Of a DNA stretch of 64,000 nt, positions 37,821 through 47,483 are shown in pieces (within the stretch, counting starts at the first letter, position 1; every line of letters starts with the position of its first letter). The notes under the pieces are model-generated. The model was not told where the DNA came from. It worked only from the letters and a program-made list of their open reading frames with translations, and did no database searches. Source of the stretch: a virus. The stretch spans positions 31,726 through 95,725 of the IMG/VR virus record IMGVR_UViG_3300006750_000004; one strand, written 5' to 3'. A program made the translations under genes and the position numbers.

Positions 37821-38282
37821 TTATTTTATACGCTGCTTGTCAAAGCTGACAGACCCTCCCTCTACCCTCGGAGTGAACTCCCACACCTTGGTGATTTTGT
37901 CTAGTGGCACAGGCCCCTTAGCCCAATACTCACCCTTATGGACTTGTGAATCATCCTTATAATCATCAACCAAATGGCGAGAAACCTCCGCAACGATGCC
38001 CGTGTAAGGCATTTCACGCGGAGACTCCGAACGCCATTCAAAATCGATATGTTCAGGCGTCTCGATAGGAAGTTCCGTGGCGTAATACACCGCATCGTCG
38101 TAGTCGCCGAAGCAGGAAATGTTCTCCTGGCTCTCATAAGGAGCAAACCGGCAATCAGACAGGATATATCCACGATTAATGGCTTCTGCCCACTCTACGT
38201 TGCTCATGCCGCGATACACGAATTTAACGGAAGCCGGTTCTTGCTTATCGCCCAGTGATTCGTAAATTTGTCTAAGTCTCAT
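37821..38282 (-). CDS. ADP-ribosyltransferase-fold (R-S-E type) protein with MKLRQIYE leader
   Basis: FVYRGMS..EW....RG, ISCF....AVYYA, GEYWAKGPVP...I. Confidence 0.5.
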   Translation of the reverse strand: MRLRQIYESLGDKQEPASVKFVYRGMSNVEWAEAINRGYILSDCRFAPYESQENISCFGDYDDAVYYATELPIETPEHIDFEWRSESPREMPYTGIVAEVSRHLVDDYKDDSQVHKGEYWAKGPVPLDKITKVWEFTPRVEGGSVSFDKQRIK

Positions 38283-38551
38283 AATTTATTTTTGAGTAAT
38301 AAGCCAAAACCCCTGCGAACAGAGGTTCTGGCTTTATAGCTTAACCTCTATTGATAAAATCAATAAGAAAATTAGGCCACCAACCTTGTCACACCCCAGC
38401 AAAATAAATAGCGGGGGCGATCGACCCTAAAAATAGGTAATGAGCGATGATGGCGAGAAGGCGGGTATTATCTGGAATGAGAGAGTAGATACTTCATGCA
38501 CTGCCGTTACTGGATTTGATGAAACAGTACCGTCCAAATGGTTGAAATATA

Positions 38552-39076
38552 ATGACTGATGAAATAACATCTGTTGAGGAATCACAAGTTGTTGGTGGTG
38601 TTCCACATAAGCCGATTGCTTATAAGGATTCACCCACTGCTCGAGATGAATTACGTCATTCTGTCCACCTCCATCTGATGATTATGAATGGTCCGACGCA
38701 GCAATTGGTTGTGTTTCTGACCAAGACGCTTGATCTCATTCCAGATCCTGGTGAAGAAACTTATGATTTTGCCTCTAACGATGTGGAGATGGGGATATTG
38801 GCTTATAGCATTATTGAGGCTTTGGCCCTTCATGTCCAACGATCTGTTGATGATCGTGCAGCCCGTGCTCAACAGCGTGGCGAGAAGTTCCCGGTGTCTG
38901 TCCGTCAAAAGGGTGATGAGATTTTGGTGGTTGTTGGGAAGACCCGTAGCTCTGGGGATCAAGTGACTTCTAAGAATGCCGTTCTTAAGGCTATTGCCGA
39001 TGCCTTGCATGCTCTTGCTACTGTCACCAAGGCCAAATATCCGGAGATACGGACTGCACGCGGTCAAGTGTTATGA
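38552..39076 (+). CDS. hypothetical protein
   Basis: 174-aa ORF. Confidence 0.6.
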   Translation: MTDEITSVEESQVVGGVPHKPIAYKDSPTARDELRHSVHLHLMIMNGPTQQLVVFLTKTLDLIPDPGEETYDFASNDVEMGILAYSIIEALALHVQRSVDDRAARAQQRGEKFPVSVRQKGDEILVVVGKTRSSGDQVTSKNAVLKAIADALHALATVTKAKYPEIRTARGQVL

Positions 39077-39558
39077 GAGTCGATCTGGTCTGTGCTGGTG
39101 CTTGCCAAGATGATGGCCTGCCTACTCAGATTGCTGGTTGTGGTATTATTATCAGACTTATTGATGATCACGACCGTGTGCAATCCCGCGAGTTTGGGTG
39201 GGCACTTGGTGGGTCTACCGCTAACCTAGCTGATGTTCAAGCCGTGCGGCTTGCCTTGAGTAGTGTATTACCACAATTCCGTGGTTACCCAACTATTCTG
39301 TATGTGAATAGTAATTATGTGTTTAATCTTTTGGAAAAGGAGAATAAGCACACATTCAAGGCTACTTCGAAGAAAAACAAATCAGAGATCGAAGAGATGC
39401 GGCGATGGTTCGGCTATTATAAGTCTATCTCGATGGTCAAGTATAACCAACACGCTGATATGGATGTAGAGATATTGACCAGAACTATTCAGTTAGCTCA
39501 AGATGCCTTAGAGTCACAACAACATCACGATTCAGGGACCATTGGGCTTGATGCTTAA
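39073..39558 (+). CDS. RNase HI-fold protein with degenerate catalytic residues
   Basis: LVCAGAC (cf. YTDGAC), GCGII, STANLADVQA (cf. TNNRMELMA), LYVNSNYV (cf. STDSQYV). Confidence 0.65.
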   Translation: MRVDLVCAGACQDDGLPTQIAGCGIIIRLIDDHDRVQSREFGWALGGSTANLADVQAVRLALSSVLPQFRGYPTILYVNSNYVFNLLEKENKHTFKATSKKNKSEIEEMRRWFGYYKSISMVKYNQHADMDVEILTRTIQLAQDALESQQHHDSGTIGLDA

Positions 39559-39572
39559 TGTGTTAAGGCAAT

Positions 39573-40052
39573 ATGTCAATTAGGGACCAGCTACAAAAAA
39601 TCGCCGATACGGGGTCAAAACGCACCGAAGGTATCGATTACGCGAGTATTGCATTACTCTTAGTGAAACCGCCATCTCGTGTTCTTTCTTCACATCGCAT
39701 CAAAAACAAGGCAGAACATACTAAACTTTTGGAAATTGCTTTTAAAAAGCAATGTCTCATTTATTTCGCATCTGTTGCACATCGTGATGGGAAATACTAC
39801 GCTGCCCAGCCATGGATTCTTGATTTGGATTCTATTAATGCTCTGTGTGAGATAGATGATACACCTAAGGTTGAAATTAAGAAAGAAGAGAGAGGCAAGA
39901 AGGCAGAAGATATTGCTCCACTAACCCTTTATTGCCCATATTGCGACCACCCAATAAACAGTACACCAGGCCGCACTCTCCACATAAAGAGTAGACATCC
40001 TGATAAACTCGAGGATTACAAAAAATGGCTGAAGTCACATGGGAAGAAATAA
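39573..40052 (+). CDS. C2H2 zinc-finger protein
   Basis: CPYC-x11-HIKSRH. Confidence 0.6.
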   Translation: MSIRDQLQKIADTGSKRTEGIDYASIALLLVKPPSRVLSSHRIKNKAEHTKLLEIAFKKQCLIYFASVAHRDGKYYAAQPWILDLDSINALCEIDDTPKVEIKKEERGKKAEDIAPLTLYCPYCDHPINSTPGRTLHIKSRHPDKLEDYKKWLKSHGKK

Positions 40053-41998
40053 AGTCTCTCGCACGCGAGGAACTTGACCAGCGTGGCTTGAACGGAGTAT
40101 ATCTCGACCGCTTGGCATTCGAACAGCGGGAAGTCGAGAAACAGGGAGCCACAGCTTATTGGACCAATCTTGTCAATGACGGCAAGAAATTCGCGTCCAA
40201 CCCTAGCCATTTAATGCTTCCCTGGTTATTAGGAATGGTGGATGGCGACCCAATTCCCAACCGTGTAGACGATATGCTCTGCACAGTACGTGCCTCTGAA
40301 GTAGTCAAGTATAAAGATTCCAAAGGCCACGTGCCATCCGATTTCATCAAAGACCCAGATATGCCAGATATCGATCTGGACTGTCTGCCAGAAGCTCGTG
40401 ATCCGATCAAGGAGTATGCCGCCAAGAAATATGGTATGAACATCACTGACGGGTATGGCCCGGTGTGCTCGGTCGGTACATGGCAGACTTATAAGTTGAG
40501 ATCGGCAATTATCGACGTTTGTACTGCTACAGCCAAAGTCGATAAAGCGGAAGCGTATGATCTCACTACCAATCTACCGGATGATGTGGATGATCTTAAA
40601 GATGGCGGCTACTCTAATTGTAAAGGTAGACCCAAGAACCGCGACGGCGAAGAGATCGAATGCAATGTATCCCATAACAGAACCAAATGCCCGGATTGTG
40701 ATTCAGAGGCAACAGACGGGCCGACAATAGGGAAACTCCTCCAAGAACACGAATTGTTACGAAATTTCGCTATAAAGTATCCAGATGTCATAAACTATGC
40801 TGTCCAAATCATCGGCCGAGTCCGGAATATGGGTATGCATGCTGGTGCTCTGATTATTGCGGACCGTACCTTATTTGGAAATATTCCATTAGCTAAGGGT
40901 GGCAAGAAGGATTATTGGGTCAGTATGTGGTCCGAGGGTCGGAATACCCAATTGTCCAAATTTGGATATATCAAGTGGGATATCCTTGGTCTCAAGACCC
41001 TCAAGTACATCTTCGAATGTTGCCGTCTGATTGAACAGAATCGTGGTATTTCGTTTGGCAAGAAGATCGAACTAGAATCGGACCACGGCCAAGAACTCCC
41101 ACCGGCTATGGATGGATGGGATGATATTGATCCAAGTAAGAACAGGGCTGGCCATTATTATGACCCACAGGGTAATAAGCACTATATCGAATTGAATGAT
41201 AAACATGTTCTCAGCTTGGCCAATGACCAGAAGACCGATGGTGTCTTCCAGTTCGACACGGATTTGGCTAAAAGCACTTTGGCGAACGGCGTCCGGAATT
41301 TTGAGGACTTAATGCTGTTTAATGCTATGGGACACCCTGGTCCGATGGCATCGATTCCTGAGGCTGTTGAGAACCGTGACGACATGTATGGGTCGTGGAA
41401 GAAGAAATTACATCCAGATATTCTCAGGGTTCTTGAATCGACGTATGGTGTGATTGTATATCAGGAGCAATTACAGGCTATTTGGCAAATAGTCGCTGGA
41501 TTTACTGCTCCCCAGGCTCAGGAGGCACGGAAAGCTGTTGCTAAGAAGTGGGTCCACAAATTGAAGCCTATTCGTGAGCAGTGGATTGTTGGTGCTACGC
41601 GGGTTCTTGGTGCTCGCGAGGCGGAGATGTGGTGGCCCAAAATGGAGACGTTTGGTAGATATGCATTCAACCGATGCCTTAACAAAGATACACCGCTTGT
41701 TGATGCGATAACCGGAGAATCATTAACAGTCGAAGAATGGTATGAGTCAAACAGATCTCCATCATTACCGTCATATGTTGACGAGGTTGTTGTTGATAAA
41801 TGTGTCGACATTCATTACAGCGGTGAGCTTGAAGTGTTTGAAATTGAATTTGATAATGGGGATAAAGAAACAGTGACTATGGGCCACAAATTTTTGTGTG
41901 GCGATGGAGAATACCATGAAGTGCGTGAAATTATCGAGCAAGGACTGGAAATCGCCGAAGCTTCGGTTGGTCTCTGTGGATCAAAAACCCAGAGTTAG
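40025..41998 (+). CDS. dnaE: DnaE part 2 (catalytic palm/fingers) fused to split-intein N-half
   Basis: PDMPDIDLD, GMHAGAL, KWDILGLKTL, GVFQF, TYGVIVYQEQ, YAFNR, then intein CLNKDT... Confidence 0.92.
   Translation: MAEVTWEEIKSLAREELDQRGLNGVYLDRLAFEQREVEKQGATAYWTNLVNDGKKFASNPSHLMLPWLLGMVDGDPIPNRVDDMLCTVRASEVVKYKDSKGHVPSDFIKDPDMPDIDLDCLPEARDPIKEYAAKKYGMNITDGYGPVCSVGTWQTYKLRSAIIDVCTATAKVDKAEAYDLTTNLPDDVDDLKDGGYSNCKGRPKNRDGEEIECNVSHNRTKCPDCDSEATDGPTIGKLLQEHELLRNFAIKYPDVINYAVQIIGRVRNMGMHAGALIIADRTLFGNIPLAKGGKKDYWVSMWSEGRNTQLSKFGYIKWDILGLKTLKYIFECCRLIEQNRGISFGKKIELESDHGQELPPAMDGWDDIDPSKNRAGHYYDPQGNKHYIELNDKHVLSLANDQKTDGVFQFDTDLAKSTLANGVRNFEDLMLFNAMGHPGPMASIPEAVENRDDMYGSWKKKLHPDILRVLESTYGVIVYQEQLQAIWQIVAGFTAPQAQEARKAVAKKWVHKLKPIREQWIVGATRVLGAREAEMWWPKMETFGRYAFNRCLNKDTPLVDAITGESLTVEEWYESNRSPSLPSYVDEVVVDKCVDIHYSGELEVFEIEFDNGDKETVTMGHKFLCGDGEYHEVREIIEQGLEIAEASVGLCGSKTQS
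41675..41998 (+). mobile_element. Split intein N-half (107 aa)
   Basis: Block A CLNKDTPL, block B VTMGHKFL, then a stop codon. Confidence 0.85.
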
Positions 41999-43436
41999 AG
42001 ACAGAGTTACAGTTTGTTGTTCTCAATGCAACAATACTTTGTCAGTAGTGTTTCGCGATTTAATAAAGTCTACCAATACTCATTTGTCGATTGGTCTTGA
42101 TGGGTATTATTGTGCATCTTGTTTGAAGACAACGCCTGCATATAAAGAAATGCATCGGAATAACTCTATTAATTCTAAATCTTTAATAATCGCAGGTGCT
42201 TCCGAACGATCTAAAAAGCTGTGGTCTGATGATGAGTATCGTGCCAAGATGGCGGCTAACAGTCTTCATCTTTCTGAATCCAAAGAATTTAAAGAGAAAA
42301 TGTCTCGTGTTATAAGTGAAAAATTCAAAGATCCACAGTACTCAAACAGTGTGAAATCAGCTAGGAAAAAGTATTGGCGTGATCTGGATTATCGATCATC
42401 TAAATCATGGTCTTTGGAGCAGTTTTTAAAAGCCGCTGCTAGAGAACATGGCGACAAATATCAATATCATCTTGTTGACTATAGGAATATTAAAACAAAG
42501 GTTGCTATCGTTTGTGAGAAACATGGAGAATTTTTGCAGCGTCCGAGTCACCATATTTTTTATGGTAACGGATGCCCGCGATGTTCTTTAGAAATTAAAG
42601 TGTCCAAGCCCCAACAAGAAATAGCCGAATGGCTTGAGGGATGTGGATACGATGTTTCTATGAATGATAGAAAGAGGCTCGACGGTCTTGAATTGGATAT
42701 TTTGGTACCTAATCGCAATTTTGCTATAGAGTATCATGGTGGGTTTTGGCATTCTTTTGATGTTGTTGAATCTGCATCTCAAAGAGCTAGGCATTCTCGC
42801 AAGGCTGATGTTGCTATACAAAACAATGTTGTTTTAATGCAGCTTTTTGATGTTGAGTGGGGTGCTAAGAAAGAACTTGTGAAGTCAATGATTTTACACC
42901 GATTGGGTGGATCATCAGAAAGGATTTATGCTAGGAATTGTACAGCTGTTGAATTGGATGGGAAAACTGCAAATCAATTTTGCGATGAAAACCATATTGC
43001 TGGTGGCAGGTATGCTGAATTGTATTATGGCTTAGAAATTGGTGGATCGTTGATTTCTGTTGTTTCATTCAAACAAACCAATGATGGATTTTTTGAAGTC
43101 ATCCGATTTTGTAGCCAAATTGGGGTGTGTGTTGTTGGAGGGTTGTCTAAAATGTTGGCTGCTTCCAGAATTGGTTCATTTATGACATATGCTGACAGAA
43201 GATACTCAACCGCTAATGGGTATCTGGCAGTTGGATTTAAAAAGATTTCTACTACTAAGCCTGGATATTACTATTGGCGAAACAATAAATTGTTTAACAG
43301 GATGAAATTCCAAAAGCATAAGTTAAACAAAATGCTAAATCTTTTTGATGGTAGCCTGACAGAAGCTGAAAATATGTTTATGAATGGATACCGTAGAATC
43401 TGGGACGCTGGCCACTATAAGTTAGTGAAGTCATGA
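41916..43436 (+). mobile_element. Free-standing homing endonuclease (Zn ribbons, DUF723-like repeat, PD-(D/E)XK/Vsr-like domain)
   Basis: HGDKYQY...CEKHGEF...GCPRC, ELDILVP...AIEYHGGFWHS, RIYAR, YADRRYS, RIWDAG; AT-rich; lies between the intein halves. Confidence 0.8.
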
Positions 43437-44692
43437 AAATTAAATCTATTCGATCTCTTGGTGTTCAGAAGACTTTCTCTCCAGAAATGGAGAGTGCCCA
43501 ACATAATTATATAACTGGGAATTCTAATGCTGTTCATAAGAATTCGCACGCTGTTTCTTACTGTCTGGTGGCACATAGATGCCTGTGGCTGAAAGCTCAT
43601 TTCGCCCCAGAGTGGTGGGCGGCGGTTATGAGTGATTGTCATCCACTTAAATTGATTCGGTATATGGGTATTGCTAGAGCTGAGAAGTGGGAGGCAACGG
43701 ATATCACTTACCAGGGCACGTACCAACCGGAGGAGAGGGCCACTAGTGTCGTATTCGACACGATTAATGTGCATAATCTCACTACGGACTTTACGGCTAC
43801 TGGTGATAAGGTCAACCAGGGGATGATTGGTATCAAGGGGATCGGGGAGGCTGCGGCTGGGTTGTTTGTTGGTCGTGGTGAGTTCTTGGATATCGACGAT
43901 TTCATTGAGAAGAAAGGTGCTAAGAGCAAGGTGGTGATGGAGCGTTTTATCAAGCTTGGTGCTTTTGGTACTTTGGAAGGTCATGAGAACAGTTATGCCA
44001 CTTGGATGTGGTATCAGTATAAATATTGCAGTGGTAAGGATATCACTCAGTTGCGGAAACAGGTCCGGCAACGGTTGTTGGATGAGGACAAATGGGATGA
44101 AGATGCTGTGGAGGAAGAACGGCAGAGGCAGACGTCTGAATATAAAGCCCAATTCCCCAATCGCCGCAAGATTCCGAATAAGATCCAGAATTGGAAGCCG
44201 AAGCCTGATGATCGGCGTGAGCGAGTGATGGCTTTATATGCTGACAAGTTGTTCTCCCTGGAGGAGACTTTGGAGTTTGAGAAACAATATCTTGGATATT
44301 ATCTGCACTCTCCCTTGGATCTGTATGATATTCAGGGCGATTGTAATATTGAGGCGGCTAAGGAGGTTAGCAAGAATGGTGGTGATCCCAAGTTGGAGGT
44401 GGTGATTACTGATTTGCAATTTGCTGAGACAAAGACAAAGAAGGAGTATGCTAGGCTGATTGTGAGTGATGGGATGCAAAGTGCCTTGATTCTTCTTTTC
44501 AGCAATGAATTGGCGATGCAGGCTGCGAATAGCTTGGTGGTCGGTACTGGTGTTCAGGCATGTGTTGATTATGACGAGATGCGTGGTACTTTTACTATGA
44601 AGAGGAACCAGATCCTTGTCAAACTCCTCCCGAAAAATTGGCGTGAACGTCAAAGAGAAATTGACGGCCTTCCTCTACTTGATGATGCGTGA
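43433..44692 (+). CDS. dnaE: Split-intein C-half (37 aa) fused to DnaE part 3 (HhH plus OB fold)
   Basis: MKIKSIRSLG...HNYI...VHKN|SHAVSY...WLKAHF; IKGIG; LEFEKQYLGYYLHSPL. Confidence 0.9.
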   Translation: MKIKSIRSLGVQKTFSPEMESAQHNYITGNSNAVHKNSHAVSYCLVAHRCLWLKAHFAPEWWAAVMSDCHPLKLIRYMGIARAEKWEATDITYQGTYQPEERATSVVFDTINVHNLTTDFTATGDKVNQGMIGIKGIGEAAAGLFVGRGEFLDIDDFIEKKGAKSKVVMERFIKLGAFGTLEGHENSYATWMWYQYKYCSGKDITQLRKQVRQRLLDEDKWDEDAVEEERQRQTSEYKAQFPNRRKIPNKIQNWKPKPDDRRERVMALYADKLFSLEETLEFEKQYLGYYLHSPLDLYDIQGDCNIEAAKEVSKNGGDPKLEVVITDLQFAETKTKKEYARLIVSDGMQSALILLFSNELAMQAANSLVVGTGVQACVDYDEMRGTFTMKRNQILVKLLPKNWRERQREIDGLPLLDDA

Positions 44693-44855
44693 CGAGGTGT
44701 CTGTGGGTGTGGTCTGTAAGAAAATTATGGACCTAGACTCAGAGCGTGATGTGCACGACGGTGGGGATGTGACCAAATATGAGTTCACTAATCCTCATTT
44801 GGCGGCGTTGGCGGACGATTATGCGGGTCGTCTTTTAGATGGGTGTTGGGATTGA
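44643..44855 (+). CDS. hypothetical protein
   Basis: Short ORF after dnaE part 3. Confidence 0.45.
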   Translation: MNVKEKLTAFLYLMMRDEVSVGVVCKKIMDLDSERDVHDGGDVTKYEFTNPHLAALADDYAGRLLDGCWD

Positions 44856-44919
44856 TCCGCAAACGAGCTGACGAATTCTTTTCGGTATTCGCCTTGGACT
44901 GTGCTACAGGAGGGCAATC

Positions 44920-45468
44920 GTGCAAACCAGTGATAGAACAGGTATTGTTTGCGATCATTGTGGTACTCAGTACAAGAATGATTTTACGTACTATTCATGG
45001 GATTTTCGTCCTGTGTCTGTGATGAATAGTATTCGTCCGGCGTTGAATCAGATATTTCACACCCAGACGGTGTTTTCTTTGGATATCTGCACTTCTTGTT
45101 TTGACAAGTTCAAGAAGGGGATAATTCATAATTATGGGCAATCGATGGATAAGAAGGGTGCATTCACGGTTTGCGAACTTAGTGGGAACAAATTCACTGG
45201 CACATATAATTATTATCATGTGGCAGTCGCTAGCGTGTCTGTCAGGATGACGGGGCAGCCAAATATTTGCACTAAGTGTCAGCACAAGACGTTCGACAAT
45301 GATAAGGTGTGTTCGAAGTGTCAGGGAACGGATTTTATCAGGCCCGCTGTTATTGATCAGCAGGATCGCTTTGTCGAGTTGAACATGTGTGAAGGAGCTA
45401 TGGACATGCTTCGTGAGAAAGCGGAGCAAATGAGAAAGGTTGCGGGGCAGTGGGCGACAACAAGTTGA
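44920..45468 (+). CDS. multi-zinc-ribbon protein
   Basis: CDHC, CTSC, CTKC, CSKC; GGAGG RBS. Confidence 0.65.
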   Translation: MQTSDRTGIVCDHCGTQYKNDFTYYSWDFRPVSVMNSIRPALNQIFHTQTVFSLDICTSCFDKFKKGIIHNYGQSMDKKGAFTVCELSGNKFTGTYNYYHVAVASVSVRMTGQPNICTKCQHKTFDNDKVCSKCQGTDFIRPAVIDQQDRFVELNMCEGAMDMLREKAEQMRKVAGQWATTS

Positions 45469-45676
45469 GAGAGAATTTTAGACGCGATGCTCCGGAAGGT
45501 ACTTATAATTCGGTTTGAATTTTCGGAGTTTAAGCCCATGCCGTCGTAATTGGGTAGCACGTCCTGAAACACATCGTATCGATCACCGCAATTGCTGACC
45601 GTGACCAATCATTGAGTACAAATAACAATTAGGGCTCAAGTTGGTCTTAGCGTAAATATCCACACCCAAGGAGAAT

Positions 45677-46477
45677 ATGATGGCAGAGTATAATCCCTAT
45701 GATTTAATCGTTGTCCGCATTGAGGGCGTTGAGATCGATGGGCGACCATATGAATTCGATTCACAACCAGCTAACAACCAGACGATGCAGAATGAGTTTG
45801 GCAATTATGTCAAACCAACACATATTTCTACGGTGTGTCCACAGTGTGGCCAGGGTATCAATGTGGAGAATATTCAATTACCAGAACCCCCGTTTCCAGT
45901 GATTGATTGGGTCTGTCCGAATTGCAGCCCCAGCATCGATCCTCCGGTAAATGCATTCATGAATCCGTTGGATGCGGGTAGGATTGAGAGCTTTCAGTTA
46001 GATCCTTTGCTGCATGATCCTAATGAACAAGTTATCGTTGACGATCCGGAGGAGACGGTTGCTGATCGTTTGGCGATGGTTGATGGTGCTGATGGTGCTG
46101 ATGGTGCTTCACATTCAACCAGTGCCCTATTGGAAGATGATTCTGAGACCGATCTGAATGACGAATCGCTCGCTATTGAGCAACCGAAAGAGCCGTCTGA
46201 GGAATCAGTGGTCGAGGAGCCGAAGAAGACCAAGAAAAAGGCTGCCAAGAAGACCAAGAAAAAGGCTACGAAAAAGGCTACGAAAAAGGCTACGAAAAAG
46301 GCTACGAAAAAGTCTAAGGGCGACGCCCCTCCTCAGCCGTCTGAATCTGCTGGAGCTCCACCGGAGGTACAGGAGACACCTTCGTTGGCCACAGAAGACA
46401 GACCTATCCCTAAGCTGGAACCAGCCGAAGGGATGTCAGAGGAAAAAGACCTCGACGATCTGGTTGATGATGAATGA
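45677..46477 (+). CDS. acidic Zn-ribbon protein with histone H1-like KKAT repeats
   Basis: CPQC..CPNC; KKTKKKAAKKTKKKATKKATKKATKKATKK. Confidence 0.65.
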   Translation: MMAEYNPYDLIVVRIEGVEIDGRPYEFDSQPANNQTMQNEFGNYVKPTHISTVCPQCGQGINVENIQLPEPPFPVIDWVCPNCSPSIDPPVNAFMNPLDAGRIESFQLDPLLHDPNEQVIVDDPEETVADRLAMVDGADGADGASHSTSALLEDDSETDLNDESLAIEQPKEPSEESVVEEPKKTKKKAAKKTKKKATKKATKKATKKATKKSKGDAPPQPSESAGAPPEVQETPSLATEDRPIPKLEPAEGMSEEKDLDDLVDDE

Positions 46478-47430
46478 ATGTAATCTTTGGATCAGGGATT
46501 GTGGGATTACTTGCCAGAATCATTTTAGGTGATTCCTGGACTGTCATACCATTTTATAGAAGTCGATTCTTTAGTTTCAACCCTGCTTTAGATGATAACT
46601 TCATAATCTGTGACGACCAACTCGATCCCTTCATCAAGGATTTGATGAAGGATATGGCTCCCCAGCGGTTTATTTATACTAGGGCTTGGTCCGTTGGTGG
46701 CGAACTTCTCAGAGAGTGGGACTCTGGTGTCTTTAATGACTGGGCCTACAAGATATTCGGGTCCCAAATTCCCCCACAGACCGAACCTTATATGATAAAT
46801 AGGATGAGTCTGTTTGTTTACGATATTCGTATCAACCAACTCTACGAACAACTCCAATCGATTTATATCGACGAACTCAGGGAAGAGGTTACGAAGGGTG
46901 AAGTGACAGAAATTGGAGATCATTATTTCATTCAGAATGGGGTGCGACGGGATTTTGACAACGCGGTCAGTACTATCCCACTTGATGCATTATTACGCCT
47001 GATGAAGCAAGAGACCACCCTTCCGTCTAAAACTGTGCACTATCTGCACATCCAGACGGAGGATTTGGATTTTGAGGGCATAAACCAGGTGATGGTCTCC
47101 GATCCGATTTTCAGCTTTTTCAAATCGACGAATGTATCTCCCGGCAGGTACTTGATTTACTGCCATGAAGAAATCCCAAATCCTGGGATTTACTTTATGA
47201 GTTTTATCAAGAAATTTGATATTCTAGATGGCACCTCTATCGATGGTGCTATTCCAATGGGGCCAATCCCGAAGATCGACGCTGTAGAACAGCGTGGGAT
47301 TTTTAGTGTTGGTAGTTCAGCCCAGTGGGATTGGTGTATGGATGTTGGCTCGTGTATGATTAGGATATTGAAATATTCACAGCGTGGTGCTAAACCTGGC
47401 GGCAAATCCAAAGAGGTAAAACTTGGTTGA
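46474..47430 (+). CDS. FAD-dependent oxidoreductase-like protein (UDP-galactopyranose mutase/PPO-like fold)
   Basis: N-terminal VIFGSGIVG dinucleotide motif, VSTIPL, C-terminal IFSVGSSAQW. Confidence 0.55.
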   Translation: MNVIFGSGIVGLLARIILGDSWTVIPFYRSRFFSFNPALDDNFIICDDQLDPFIKDLMKDMAPQRFIYTRAWSVGGELLREWDSGVFNDWAYKIFGSQIPPQTEPYMINRMSLFVYDIRINQLYEQLQSIYIDELREEVTKGEVTEIGDHYFIQNGVRRDFDNAVSTIPLDALLRLMKQETTLPSKTVHYLHIQTEDLDFEGINQVMVSDPIFSFFKSTNVSPGRYLIYCHEEIPNPGIYFMSFIKKFDILDGTSIDGAIPMGPIPKIDAVEQRGIFSVGSSAQWDWCMDVGSCMIRILKYSQRGAKPGGKSKEVKLG

Positions 47431-47483
47431 GATCCTGAACGAGCTGTTAGTTTGCCGCCGAAAAAGAGAAAGATTATATAATT

